Positions 27,237 to 36,516 of a DNA stretch of 64,000 nucleotides are shown here, piece by piece. A model generated the notes under the pieces. It was not told where the DNA came from. It worked only from the letters and a program-made list of their open reading frames with translations, and made no database searches. The DNA comes from Candidatus Lustribacter sp. (GTDB lineage Bacteria; Vulcanimicrobiota; Vulcanimicrobiia; Vulcanimicrobiales; Vulcanimicrobiaceae). The DNA lies in assembly GCA_965277805.1 (NCBI GenBank), contig OZ255842.1, positions 1,856,001 through 1,920,000 on the forward strand. The letters are read 5' to 3'. Both the position numbers and the translations under genes were made by a program. How positions within the stretch are numbered: the first letter of the stretch is position 1; every line of letters starts with the position of its first letter.

Positions 27237-27752
27237 ATGATCGCTTTGCTGCTCGCAGCCGTGCTGGCTGCGTTGCCGTTACCCGCCCCTCCCCCGCCGG
27301 GAACACCGGTTGCTTCGACGCTCCGCGACGCGATGACGGCGATCGAGCGAGCCGCCGCGACCAACCCTGCCGCCGCGCAAAACGCTGCGCTGTCCTACAA
27401 TGCCGCCATCGAGCAGTACAACGCGCACCAATACGAACGCGCGCGCGCCAGCGCCTTGATGGCGATCAGCCAGTCGGCTGCACCGCCACCGCTCGCACCG
27501 CCGGCGCACGCTCCGATCGTTGCGCCGGCTTTCCCCGGCCCGCGCTATTACATCATCCCCGATGAATCGCCCGCGACCGCGGCCAACGCGCGAAAGTACG
27601 TGACGCTGGCGCATCGCGCGCTGGCGAATTGTGCGGCCCTCAAAGCCGCGACCGTGGAGTATAGCGGGGCGCTGACCGCGCTCGACGCGAAACAGTACCG
27701 CGCGGCCATGGCCGCTTCACGGAATGTCGTAGACGACTGCAGCGGCAATTGA
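27237..27752 (+). CDS. Hypothetical exported helical protein with Pro-rich linkers
   Basis: Signal peptide; two similar helical halves (YNAA..YERARASA and YSGA..YRAAMAAS); Cys pair. Confidence 0.6.
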   Translation: MIALLLAAVLAALPLPAPPPPGTPVASTLRDAMTAIERAAATNPAAAQNAALSYNAAIEQYNAHQYERARASALMAISQSAAPPPLAPPAHAPIVAPAFPGPRYYIIPDESPATAANARKYVTLAHRALANCAALKAATVEYSGALTALDAKQYRAAMAASRNVVDDCSGN

Positions 27753-27767
27753 AGAAAGCAGGGACGG

Positions 27768-28802
27768 ATGTTACGTAGCGATGTGCTCCTTGGTCTGGCG
27801 GCGCTCGGCGTCGATGCAGCGCTGCCGGCTCGGGCGCTGGCACAAGCCGCGAACCCGCCCGCAACGCGCATCGACCTGCACCATCATTACTGTTCGCCCG
27901 AGTGGCTGGCATCGCTGACGCAGCATCACAAGACTGATCCTTTTCCCGGTCTCGAGACGATCACCGGCTGGTCGGCCAAAGCGGCGATCGACGCGATGGA
28001 CAAGGCCGGCGTGGCCACCTCGGTCCTCTCCACGACGACGCCCGGCATTTGGTTCGGGAACGCGGCCGAGACGCGCCGCATGGCGCGCAACATGAACGAC
28101 TACGGAGCGAGCCTCGTCCGCGACCACAAGGGGCGCTACGGGCTGTTCGGCGTGTTGCCGCTGCCCGACGTCCAAGCGAGTCTTGCCGAGATTCCCTATG
28201 TGATGGATACGCTGAAGGCCGACGGCATCGGCGTACTCTCGAGCTATGGCAACAAGTGGCTGGGAGATCCGTCGTTCGAGCCGGTTTGGGCGGAACTCAA
28301 CCGCCGCAACGCCGTCGTCTTCAGCCATGCGACCGCACCCGACTGCTGTAAGGTGCTCGTGCCGCACATCGAAGCGACGACGATCGAGTTCAATACCGAT
28401 ACCGCGCGCTCGATCATCGACCTCATCGAAACAGGCGCAGCCGACCGTTATCCGAACATTCGCTTCATCTTCTCGCACGCCGGCGGCACCATCGCGGGGC
28501 TCGCGGGACGCTATATGCGCAAGGAGCTCTCGCCGCAAAACTTGGCCTCGCAAGTCGCGCCCGGATCGAAACTCGGGCATCTGCGCCGCTTTTACTACGA
28601 TACGGCCGGCTCGGCAAATATCGTCAACCTGCAATCACTCAAGATGATCGTCCCGACGACGCAGTTTGTGTTCGGCACCGATTTTCCATGGGCGCAGCCC
28701 TCTGAGATCGTCGCCGGCCTGAACCAATCCGGTCTCACGCCCGAAGAAATCCGGGCGATCGACCGCGACAACGCCGTCCGGCTGCTGCCGCAGTTCAGCT
28801 GA
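27768..28802 (+). CDS. Amidohydrolase_2 family protein (ACMSD/6-methylsalicylate decarboxylase-like) with export signal
   Basis: IDLHHH, MNDYGA, FSHAGG, FYYDTA, FGTDFPW; N-terminal signal ending ALA-Q. Confidence 0.87.
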   Translation: MLRSDVLLGLAALGVDAALPARALAQAANPPATRIDLHHHYCSPEWLASLTQHHKTDPFPGLETITGWSAKAAIDAMDKAGVATSVLSTTTPGIWFGNAAETRRMARNMNDYGASLVRDHKGRYGLFGVLPLPDVQASLAEIPYVMDTLKADGIGVLSSYGNKWLGDPSFEPVWAELNRRNAVVFSHATAPDCCKVLVPHIEATTIEFNTDTARSIIDLIETGAADRYPNIRFIFSHAGGTIAGLAGRYMRKELSPQNLASQVAPGSKLGHLRRFYYDTAGSANIVNLQSLKMIVPTTQFVFGTDFPWAQPSEIVAGLNQSGLTPEEIRAIDRDNAVRLLPQFS

Positions 28803-28819
28803 CGCGAGGTAAACTGCAT

Positions 28820-29677
28820 TTGACACGGCCGACGATTTACAACGAATTGCTTGGTGCCGAAACACGGTTCTATGATGCGGGCGGCGTTCGCACCCGCAGC
28901 ATCCAAGCCGGCGCCGGCGAGGCGGTCATCATGCTGCACGGCATCGGCGGTCACGCTGAAGCCTTCGCTCGAAACGTCGTACCGTTAGGTAAAGAGTTCG
29001 ATGCACGTTCGCTCGACTACTATGGACACGGCATGACCGATGCGGCTTCTCAACCGATGGGCAAGGACGCTTTCGTCAAACATCTCATCGATTACATGGA
29101 CGCGGCTCAGATCAAAAAGGCGCACCTCGTCGGAGAATCGCTGGGCGGCTGGATCGCTCTTTGGACCGCGATCGACCACCCGGACCGTGTCGGCAAAGTG
29201 ATTTATACGGTAGGGGCGCATCTGCAAGTCCCGATTGATGATGCGACCAAGGCAAAGACGCAAGCCGGCTTGAGCGAGTTGAAGCGACTGACGGAACAGT
29301 TTCAGAAAAACCCGACGCGCGAGAACGTGCATGCGCGCTTAAAGTGGCTCTTCCACAAGCCTGAACGCGACATCACGGACGAGCTGATCGACCTGCGCTG
29401 GAACCTCTATCAGCAATCCGTCGGTAAATCCGGCTCCCTAGCGGTGATTGGCGAAAGCGAATACGATCTCACGCCGGAGAACCTTGCAAAGGTCCCTCGT
29501 CCGACGCTCTTCTTGTGGACCGATAACAACCCGTCGCAGCAAGCCGCCACGGCCAAAGAGGCTATGAAATACGTCAAGGGCTCCACGTGGGCCATGATTG
29601 AAGACGCGGGTCACTGGCCCCAATGGGAACATCCCGAAACATTCAACAGGATCGTCAGCGACTATCTAAAGCCTTAG
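28820..29677 (+). CDS. Alpha/beta hydrolase, meta-cleavage-product (C-C) hydrolase-like
   Basis: MLHGIGGH, GESLGG, AGHWPQWEHPETFN; TTG start; somewhat lower GC. Confidence 0.82.
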   Translation: MTRPTIYNELLGAETRFYDAGGVRTRSIQAGAGEAVIMLHGIGGHAEAFARNVVPLGKEFDARSLDYYGHGMTDAASQPMGKDAFVKHLIDYMDAAQIKKAHLVGESLGGWIALWTAIDHPDRVGKVIYTVGAHLQVPIDDATKAKTQAGLSELKRLTEQFQKNPTRENVHARLKWLFHKPERDITDELIDLRWNLYQQSVGKSGSLAVIGESEYDLTPENLAKVPRPTLFLWTDNNPSQQAATAKEAMKYVKGSTWAMIEDAGHWPQWEHPETFNRIVSDYLKP

Positions 29678-30624
29678 CGGGCGGCTGCGTCGCTGATCAG
29701 ATCCGTCGCCGGGAACGCCTTCTCGATGAATTTATATTTCGCCGACACATCGATGACGGGTTGAATGTCCGCTGCGCTGACCGTCGTGCCCATGCGTTGC
29801 CGCTTCATATGGGCGATCACCGCGGGATCCTGTTTCGTGTAGAGCGCTTCGTCGTTCACGGTCGCCTCCGGATGGGCGCGGGCAAACGTCCCGGCGTCGG
29901 CGACGACCCGCGAGAAGCGTTCGACGATCGAACGATTCTTTTCGACATAACTTTGCATCACGACCCAGACGCCGAGCGAAAATTGTTTCCCGACCGCATC
30001 GTAGACGTGAGCGGCGCTGCGGGCGCCGTCGTCGATCGCAGCGGCATACTGCGGGTTGCTGAGCAGCGATCCGTCGACGCGGCCTTGAAACAGCGCGGCC
30101 TCCGCCGCAGCCGCCGGCAGCTCGAAGAACTTCACCGTCTTTGAGTCACCGCCGTTTTGGTCGACCCACGCCTGCATCGCAACCGTGTCCAGCGAAGAGA
30201 GCGCGTTCGCGCTGATCGTCTTGCCGTTGAAATCGCTCGCCTTGCGCAATGTCGAAGACTTTGCGACCAGCAGCCCGGCGGTATCGGAATCGACCCACAG
30301 GCCACCCGGCGCAACGATCGTCAGCGGGATGCCGCGCAAGTGGGCTTGGATAATCGCAACGAGGCTCGAGAGCCCGAAGTCCAGCGCGCCACCGACGACG
30401 GCCTGCGTAATCGCATTCCCGCTTCCCATCATGCTCAACTCGATCTGCAGGCCCGCCTTCGCGAACATGCCGGTGCGCATCGCGTAGGCGACGGGGGCCA
30501 GCGAATCGATCGGCGTCGCGCCGACACGAATCGTCGTCAGCGCGCTTTGTGCGAATGCGCGCGCCGAGGGGCGCGCCAGCACGACGGCGCTGCTAAGCAG
30601 AGAGAGGCTCGTAGCACGATTCAT
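29674..30624 (-). CDS. ABC substrate-binding protein, SsuA/NMT1 family
   Basis: GMFAKAGLQIE, SDFNGKTI, WVDQNGGDSKTVKFFELP. Confidence 0.85.
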   Translation of the reverse strand: MNRATSLSLLSSAVVLARPSARAFAQSALTTIRVGATPIDSLAPVAYAMRTGMFAKAGLQIELSMMGSGNAITQAVVGGALDFGLSSLVAIIQAHLRGIPLTIVAPGGLWVDSDTAGLLVAKSSTLRKASDFNGKTISANALSSLDTVAMQAWVDQNGGDSKTVKFFELPAAAAEAALFQGRVDGSLLSNPQYAAAIDDGARSAAHVYDAVGKQFSLGVWVVMQSYVEKNRSIVERFSRVVADAGTFARAHPEATVNDEALYTKQDPAVIAHMKRQRMGTTVSAADIQPVIDVSAKYKFIEKAFPATDLISDAAAR

Positions 30625-30676
30625 GCGAGCGTCTACAGCGGGGCAAGCGTCGTGCCCTTTAGAACTAGCCCTGGGC

Positions 30677-32401
30677 ATGGGAACGCTGACCGACGTCGAT
30701 CCGATCACCCTCGAAGTTATCCGTCATAGCGTCATCTCGATCGCCGACCAGATCGATGCCAACATGACGCGCACCGCCTTCAGCGCGTACATCTACGAAT
30801 ATAAGGACTACGCCGTCGGGCTGTCGGGACCGGACGGCGAGCTCATCGCGCAATCGACGGGCGGCATGCCGGTGTTCGTCGCGGATTCCGTCGGCATGGC
30901 CGTCCGCGATGGCCTTGCTATTTACGGCAAAGAGCGTTTGCACCACGGCGACGTGATCGTCTGCAACCATGCGGCGGTGCAAGGTCAGCACCTGAACAAC
31001 ACGGTCATGTACACGCCGATTTTCGCCGGCCCGCAGCGCGACCAGCTGATCGGCTTCTTTGCAATCAACGCACACTGGTTCGACATCGGCGGCTCAACGG
31101 TCGGCTCGCTCTCGAAACGCTCGACCGACATCTTCATGGAAGGCCTGCAGCTGCGCACGGTCAAGCTGTGGTCGAACGGCGAGCGCGTCGAGGAAATTTA
31201 CCGCATCATCGACGGCAACACGCGCTTTCGCGCGGAGATGACCGGCGACATCGAAGCGCAACTCGCGGGCTGCCTGCTCGGCCGCGATCTCACGGCGAAG
31301 CTCGCCGATAAGTACGGCGTTGCGACCTACCTCGCCGGCGTCGCCAAGATCCTCGACCAATGCGAGGCCTCGACGCGCGCCCAGATCGCGCAGATCCCCG
31401 ACGGCATCTATGAGTCGGAAGCGTTCCTCGATGACGACGGCACGAACGACGTGCCGGTTCCGATCAAGGTGCGCATCATCGTCGACGGCGATGAGATGAC
31501 GGTCGACTACTCGGGCATGCCGCCGCAAGCCAAAGGTGCGATCAACTCGGGCGCCGCCGGCGGCGGCCGCACGACCGCGCGCGTGGCCTTCAAATACCTC
31601 ATCGCAACGGACGAGCCGGCAAACGAAGGCACGTTCCGGCCCTTGAAGCTCATCTTACCGGCCGGTACGCTCGTGAGCGCATCGGAAACCGCGCCGATGA
31701 GCAACTACTCGACGCCGTTTCCAACGATCATCGACACGTTCATCAAAGCGATGGAGACGGCGCTCCCCGAGCGCGTGACCGCGGCGCACTTTGGTTCGTT
31801 CTCCGGCATGCGCTTCATCGGCAAGCACCCGAACGGCGCGCCGTTTCAATGCTACGACAGCGGCTTCGGCGGCTGGGGGGCGAGCTTCGACCGCGACGGG
31901 ACCGGACCGTTCCGCACCATGGCGCACGGCGACACGCGCATCATTCCGGTCGAATTGCAAGAATCGATGTATCCGTACTTGCTCGAGGAGTTTTCGCTGC
32001 GCGAGGATTCGGCCGGAGCCGGCCGGTATCGCGGCGGCCTTGGCTTTCGCAAGCGCTATCGGCTCTTGGCGGATTGCAACTTGCACACCAATTACGAACG
32101 CGTGAAATGCCCGCCCTGGGGCGTGAACGGCGGTTCCGCAGCGATGCCGGGACGTCTCACGGTGCGAAAGCCCGGCGAGCCCGATCGGCAGATGCTCAAA
32201 GCCGAAGGCTACAAACTCGCCGCCGGCGACATCGTCATCGCGGAAACGGGGGGCGGCGGCGGTAACGGGCCGCCGGCGGAACGTTCCCTCGAGGACATCG
32301 AGCGCGATCTCACCCGCGGCTACATCACCCCCGAGGCCGCAAGCCGCGATTACGGCGTCGCGATCGCTTCGGACGGAAAGGTCGCGCGCGAAGCTACGTA
32401 G
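30677..32401 (+). CDS. Hydantoinase B/oxoprolinase family protein
   Basis: DPITLEVI, RTAFSAYIYE, QHLNN, HWFDIGG, DSAGAGRYRGGLG, ETGGGGGNGPPAER. Confidence 0.92.
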   Translation: MGTLTDVDPITLEVIRHSVISIADQIDANMTRTAFSAYIYEYKDYAVGLSGPDGELIAQSTGGMPVFVADSVGMAVRDGLAIYGKERLHHGDVIVCNHAAVQGQHLNNTVMYTPIFAGPQRDQLIGFFAINAHWFDIGGSTVGSLSKRSTDIFMEGLQLRTVKLWSNGERVEEIYRIIDGNTRFRAEMTGDIEAQLAGCLLGRDLTAKLADKYGVATYLAGVAKILDQCEASTRAQIAQIPDGIYESEAFLDDDGTNDVPVPIKVRIIVDGDEMTVDYSGMPPQAKGAINSGAAGGGRTTARVAFKYLIATDEPANEGTFRPLKLILPAGTLVSASETAPMSNYSTPFPTIIDTFIKAMETALPERVTAAHFGSFSGMRFIGKHPNGAPFQCYDSGFGGWGASFDRDGTGPFRTMAHGDTRIIPVELQESMYPYLLEEFSLREDSAGAGRYRGGLGFRKRYRLLADCNLHTNYERVKCPPWGVNGGSAAMPGRLTVRKPGEPDRQMLKAEGYKLAAGDIVIAETGGGGGNGPPAERSLEDIERDLTRGYITPEAASRDYGVAIASDGKVAREAT

Positions 32402-32741
32402 CGTCGACTGCGGAGCAAATTTGGGCACGAATGTCGCGCAACTCTTCCTCGCTGACGGATGACGGTGTTTCAGTGAGCCGCGCATGTGAAACCGTCTGCA
32501 CATTCCATGCGAGCGCATAACTTCGCTTCGTGCAGCCGTTCTGAGGTGTCGGTTCGATGACCATGGACGCTCCGACGATTGCGAGCGCCGGCTCCCCCGT
32601 AAGCGGCACAACAATGTCGACCGGCAGCCCCGTCCCGAAGAATCGTGGCGAACCGACCACGATCGCGGGCCGCTTATTGGGCTCGCCGGCCCCCGGAAGC
32701 GCATCGCGCCAGTCGACCATCACGATTCGCCCCGGCTTCAC
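32394..32741 (-). CDS. PemK/MazF family toxin
   Basis: GRIVMVDW..GAGEPNKRPAIVV..IVVPLT..NG..S. Confidence 0.85.
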   Translation of the reverse strand: MKPGRIVMVDWRDALPGAGEPNKRPAIVVGSPRFFGTGLPVDIVVPLTGEPALAIVGASMVIEPTPQNGCTKRSYALAWNVQTVSHARLTETPSSVSEEELRDIRAQICSAVDAT

Positions 32742-32935
32742 CGGGAGCTATTAGAAAAAAACTCGGCCGGATCATCGTCCCAGTCATCCGGATGGCTTCG
32801 AAGGAAGCTCACCGCGCGTTGCACGCTCGTCTTTGTCTGCGATGCGAGCGTCTCCGCCGCCCAGCGCTCGAGGATATCGCGTGCCAGTGCAGATGCTCCC
32901 GCTGCATCATGTGTGGGGGCCGCCTCTGCCAGCAC
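32738..32935 (-). CDS. Putative cognate antitoxin (ribbon-helix-helix-like; N-terminus uncertain)
   Basis: GTGA overlap with the toxin start; acidic C-terminus; in-frame upstream VHVRLSPATRR bounded by TGA at 32969-32971. Confidence 0.6.
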   Translation of the reverse strand: MLAEAAPTHDAAGASALARDILERWAAETLASQTKTSVQRAVSFLRSHPDDWDDDPAEFFSNSSR

Positions 32936-33047
32936 ACGCCGGGTCGCGGGCGAAAGCCGTACATGGACTCAACTCGCTAAAGGAGACCTTAAATACACCA
33001 AGTAACTTAGTATCTTACGGACAGAGCTTGCCGCTGAGGGGGATGCG

Positions 33048-33950
33048 ATGCAGATCGTGCTGTTTGACGAGAGCAACTGGAAGATGGACCATCCGACCGG
33101 GCAGATTGCCTTTCATCATCTGCTCAAGGGCACGGATGGTACGCCTGAAAATTTCATGTACGTTCTCGGGCGGCAAGACCGCGATTTCTTCATGCCGCGG
33201 CATCGTCACAACTTCGATCAGATTCGTTTGCCGCTCGTGGGAACCATGAATCACGGCGGCGGTACCGTTATCGGTCAAGGCGAGGTCGGCTACATTCCAG
33301 AGGGTCTGCCATACGGTCCGCAAGACGATCCGTGCGAACCGTATGCGCCCGGCGAGCGACTCCAACTCGTGTTGCAATTCGGCGGCGCGTCCGGCATGGG
33401 TTTCATGAGCATCGAACAGCGGCGCCAAGCGTGGAAAGAGCTCGAGCAGAGCGGTAAGTTCGCCGGTCCCTACTATCATCGCAACGACGGAACGTCGGCG
33501 TGGGGACTCAACGCGATCTGGGAGCACGTGTTCGGAGATCGCATCAAGTATCCGCGTCCGCGGTACAAGAGCATCATCATCGCGGACCCGAAGGTCATGA
33601 ACTGGCTGCCGCTTCCGGAAACAAGCGACGTCCATCGCAAGTTCCTCGGCACGTTTTCCGAACGTGGCGTAACCGTCGAGATGATTCGCGTCGCTGCCGG
33701 GGCGAAATGGAATTCGGCAGACGGCGACGCGCTGCGTTTGATCGTCGTTCTCTTCGGTGAAGGAACGGTCGGCGGCACGAACATCACGCGCCTCTCGGCA
33801 TTGCAGGTCGAGGCGCGCGAAACGCTGGCGCTCTCCGCAACGACGGAGATGGAACTGTTCAGCATCGCCCTCCCGCCCGTGCAGCTGCCCGTGGCCCCGT
33901 CAACCGAATACGATTTCGAAGAACTGCCGGGCGAGCCGGTGCTCGCATGA
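33048..33950 (+). CDS. Hypothetical bicupin-like protein
   Basis: PRHRHNFDQIR (cupin motif 1) and GYIPEGLPYGPQ (motif 2); second degenerate barrel; GAGGGGG upstream. Confidence 0.65.
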   Translation: MQIVLFDESNWKMDHPTGQIAFHHLLKGTDGTPENFMYVLGRQDRDFFMPRHRHNFDQIRLPLVGTMNHGGGTVIGQGEVGYIPEGLPYGPQDDPCEPYAPGERLQLVLQFGGASGMGFMSIEQRRQAWKELEQSGKFAGPYYHRNDGTSAWGLNAIWEHVFGDRIKYPRPRYKSIIIADPKVMNWLPLPETSDVHRKFLGTFSERGVTVEMIRVAAGAKWNSADGDALRLIVVLFGEGTVGGTNITRLSALQVEARETLALSATTEMELFSIALPPVQLPVAPSTEYDFEELPGEPVLA

Positions 33951-34897
33951 CGTTCACACGCAATGGTTTTGTCGCGACGCTCGCCGCCGCGCTCGCGACC
34001 GCGGCACCGCGCATCGGCTGCGCGCAGACCGCTTCGACCGTCACGACGCGCATCGGCGTCGCGCCGGTCGAGGTGTGCGCTGAAGCCTTCTACGGCGTTG
34101 ATCTCGGCATTTTCAAAAAGGCCGGCCTCGACGTCGAGCTGCAATTCTTTCCGAGTCCCGGTGCGATCTCCACGGCGCTGGCCGGAAACGCGATCGACGT
34201 CGGGCTCTTCGATTCCGTCGGTTTGGTCGCCGCGCATTCGCATAACGTGCCGATCATCTTTCTCGCGCCCGGCAAGCTCTACGAAGATGCCGCTCCCGAG
34301 ATCGGACTCGTCGTCCGCGACGATGGCCCGCGTGCGGCGAAGGACGTCGTCGGAGCGGTCGCCGCGCCCAGCATCAACAACATCGGCGCGCTCGCAACAC
34401 TGGTTTGGCTCGATCGCAACGGCGGCGATTCAAAAAAGGTGAAGTTCGTCGAGCTGCCGTTCCCGGCGATGAACGATGCGGTGCAGCGCGGCACGGTCAT
34501 CGGCGCGGTCTCCGTCGAACCGTGGCTGAGTGACGCGCGCGACAAGGGCATGCGCACGATGGCACCGGCAAACGGCATCGGCAGCGTCTTCGTCGCGAGC
34601 GCCTGGGTTGGCTCGCAAACGTGGGCTCAAGCGCATCCCGCGATCGTCGCCCCGTTCGTCTCTGCCATTTACACCGCCGGCCATTGGGGCAACAACAATC
34701 ACACTGCCTCGATTCCGATCGTTTCGAAGTACACGAAACTGCCGCCGGATACGCTGGCCAAAATGAAACACGGACACTTCGGTGAGTCCACGGATCTCAA
34801 GACGATCCAACCCGTCATCGATGCCATGGTCAGCTATGGCTTCATTCCCAAGGGCTTCCCGGCCGCCGATTTGATCTATCACGCCCCCGCGACCTAG
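33947..34897 (+). CDS. ABC substrate-binding protein, SsuA/NMT1 family
   Basis: GIFKKAGLDVE, WLDRNGGDSKKVKFVELPFPAM, EPW. Confidence 0.85.
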   Translation: MTFTRNGFVATLAAALATAAPRIGCAQTASTVTTRIGVAPVEVCAEAFYGVDLGIFKKAGLDVELQFFPSPGAISTALAGNAIDVGLFDSVGLVAAHSHNVPIIFLAPGKLYEDAAPEIGLVVRDDGPRAAKDVVGAVAAPSINNIGALATLVWLDRNGGDSKKVKFVELPFPAMNDAVQRGTVIGAVSVEPWLSDARDKGMRTMAPANGIGSVFVASAWVGSQTWAQAHPAIVAPFVSAIYTAGHWGNNNHTASIPIVSKYTKLPPDTLAKMKHGHFGESTDLKTIQPVIDAMVSYGFIPKGFPAADLIYHAPAT

Positions 34898-35703
34898 CGG
34901 ATGGCTACGGGCCGCTCCGGGGCCGCCAGTTGCGCAAGGATCGAGGCCAGTTGCGCGTGGCGGCCGGTGTGCGTGCGTTGCTCGGCATCGACGAGGTGAA
35001 ACGCGCGTGCATTGAACGCGCTTACCCGTGCGGCAAACTCGTCGGCGTCGCGACGTTTGAGCGCCTCAACGATGGCGATGCGATCGGGCTGCAGCAACTC
35101 GACGAGATGATGCCACTCCTCGAACGTGCTGCCGGTGGTGCGTGCGAGTTCGAGTTGGACGTCGACCAGAAACCCGACGAGCGCCAGCAACAGCGGGTCG
35201 TGCGCGGCGCCGGCGAGCGCGGTGATGAAGTGCTTGACCGACCGCACGATGCCGTCGATATCGGTCACGGCATCGATCGCCGCGATTGCGTCTTCGAGCG
35301 CCGTGATGTCCTCGTCCGTACTGCGCGTGACTGCCAGCCGCGCGGCATAGCCGTGGAGCGCACCGAGCAGTCCGATCAAATTCTGCACGCTGACGCTCTG
35401 AAGTTGAATCACGGTACCGAGCGCCTTCGCAACGAGCGAATCTGCAAGCGCGGAAACGTATGTGCCGCTGCCGTGGCGCATCTCGACTAAGCCCAACGCG
35501 TTCAAGCCCTGGAGCGCTTCGCGGATCGTCGGGCCGCTCACGCCGTACCGTTCGGCGAGGTCGCGTTCGGCCGGCAAGCGTGCTCCTGACGGAATCGCGC
35601 CCGACGCAATCTGACCGCGCAAATCTTCCGCAATCGCATCGGCGATGCGGCGACGGCCGTTGAACGGTGCGGCGCTGGTCTTCGCGGCAATTGCACGGGC
35701 CAT
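34894..35703 (-). CDS. GntR/FadR family transcriptional regulator
   Basis: GARLPAERDLAERYGVSGPTIREAL..GSGTYV followed by an FCD-like domain. Confidence 0.9.
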   Translation of the reverse strand: MARAIAAKTSAAPFNGRRRIADAIAEDLRGQIASGAIPSGARLPAERDLAERYGVSGPTIREALQGLNALGLVEMRHGSGTYVSALADSLVAKALGTVIQLQSVSVQNLIGLLGALHGYAARLAVTRSTDEDITALEDAIAAIDAVTDIDGIVRSVKHFITALAGAAHDPLLLALVGFLVDVQLELARTTGSTFEEWHHLVELLQPDRIAIVEALKRRDADEFAARVSAFNARAFHLVDAEQRTHTGRHAQLASILAQLAAPERPVAIR

Positions 35704-35729
35704 TTCCTCCGCACGTTCGCCGTTGTAAC

Positions 35730-35746
35730 AATGTGGTCCTACGATT
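35730..35746. promoter_or_regulatory. Candidate FadR-subfamily operator
   Basis: TGGT-cct-ACGA core resembles the FadR/PdhR TGGT-N3-ACCA palindrome; lies between the regulator and the divergent HD gene. Confidence 0.35.
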
Positions 35747-35796
35747 GACTAGGTGACTATTTGACTCGCCCGCGATGACCGTGCTTTACTTCTTAT

Positions 35797-36516
35797 GTGA
35801 CTCAGCTGCAACAGGGTCGGCGCCGGCTGATTCTTCCCGCTCCCGTCGGACGCATCGGAACACCGGTGCCGAATCCCGAGCCCGAATTGCTCGCGCAACT
35901 CAGTCCGGACACCGTCATGATGATGGGCGACAATCCGGCGTTACCAAAGATGCCGCCGAAACCGCGCTTGCTCGATTTCTTTCGCTCGCGATTCGACGAC
36001 TTCACGGTCACGCATCTGCTCACGAGCGCGAAGCGCGCGCTCGAGGCGGGTCAGGACGAGAAAGTCGTGATCGCGTGCTTGCTTCACGACATTTCGAATG
36101 CGTGTCTCGTGCGCAGCGATCACGGCTACTGGAGCGCCCAGCTGATCGCGCCGTACGTCAGCGAAGAGGTCGCGTGGGCCGTAAAATATCATCAGGCGCT
36201 ACGCTACTTCGCCGATGAGTCCGCCGGATACGCATATCCCGAGAGCTACCTGGCGTTCTTCGGCGCCGACTATGTGCCGCCGGAGTACATCTGCCGCGAT
36301 GCCGAAGACGCGAGACGCCATCGTTGGTACATGACGTCACGCTCGGTCACGCTGTTCGACATCTACTTCTTCGACCGCAGCGAGACGATCGATCCCGAGA
36401 TCTTCACCGACATCATTGGGCGCAATTTCAAGGAGCCCGAAGAGGGCCTCGGCTTCGACGGATCGCCCGTGGCGCACATGTGGCGCACGATGATCTGGCC
36501 GAATAACTTTCTCTAA
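35797..36516 (+). CDS. HD-domain metalloprotein (PhnZ/MIOX-like ligand pattern)
   Basis: HLLTSA, VIACLLHDI, DHG, VKYHQALRY, distal Asp in FDIYFFD. Confidence 0.75.
   Translation: MTQLQQGRRRLILPAPVGRIGTPVPNPEPELLAQLSPDTVMMMGDNPALPKMPPKPRLLDFFRSRFDDFTVTHLLTSAKRALEAGQDEKVVIACLLHDISNACLVRSDHGYWSAQLIAPYVSEEVAWAVKYHQALRYFADESAGYAYPESYLAFFGADYVPPEYICRDAEDARRHRWYMTSRSVTLFDIYFFDRSETIDPEIFTDIIGRNFKEPEEGLGFDGSPVAHMWRTMIWPNNFL

Noticed and set aside
32969-32971. Selenocysteine read-through at the antitoxin in-frame TGA
   Set aside because: No redox motif context and no convincing SECIS; RHH antitoxins are not selenoproteins
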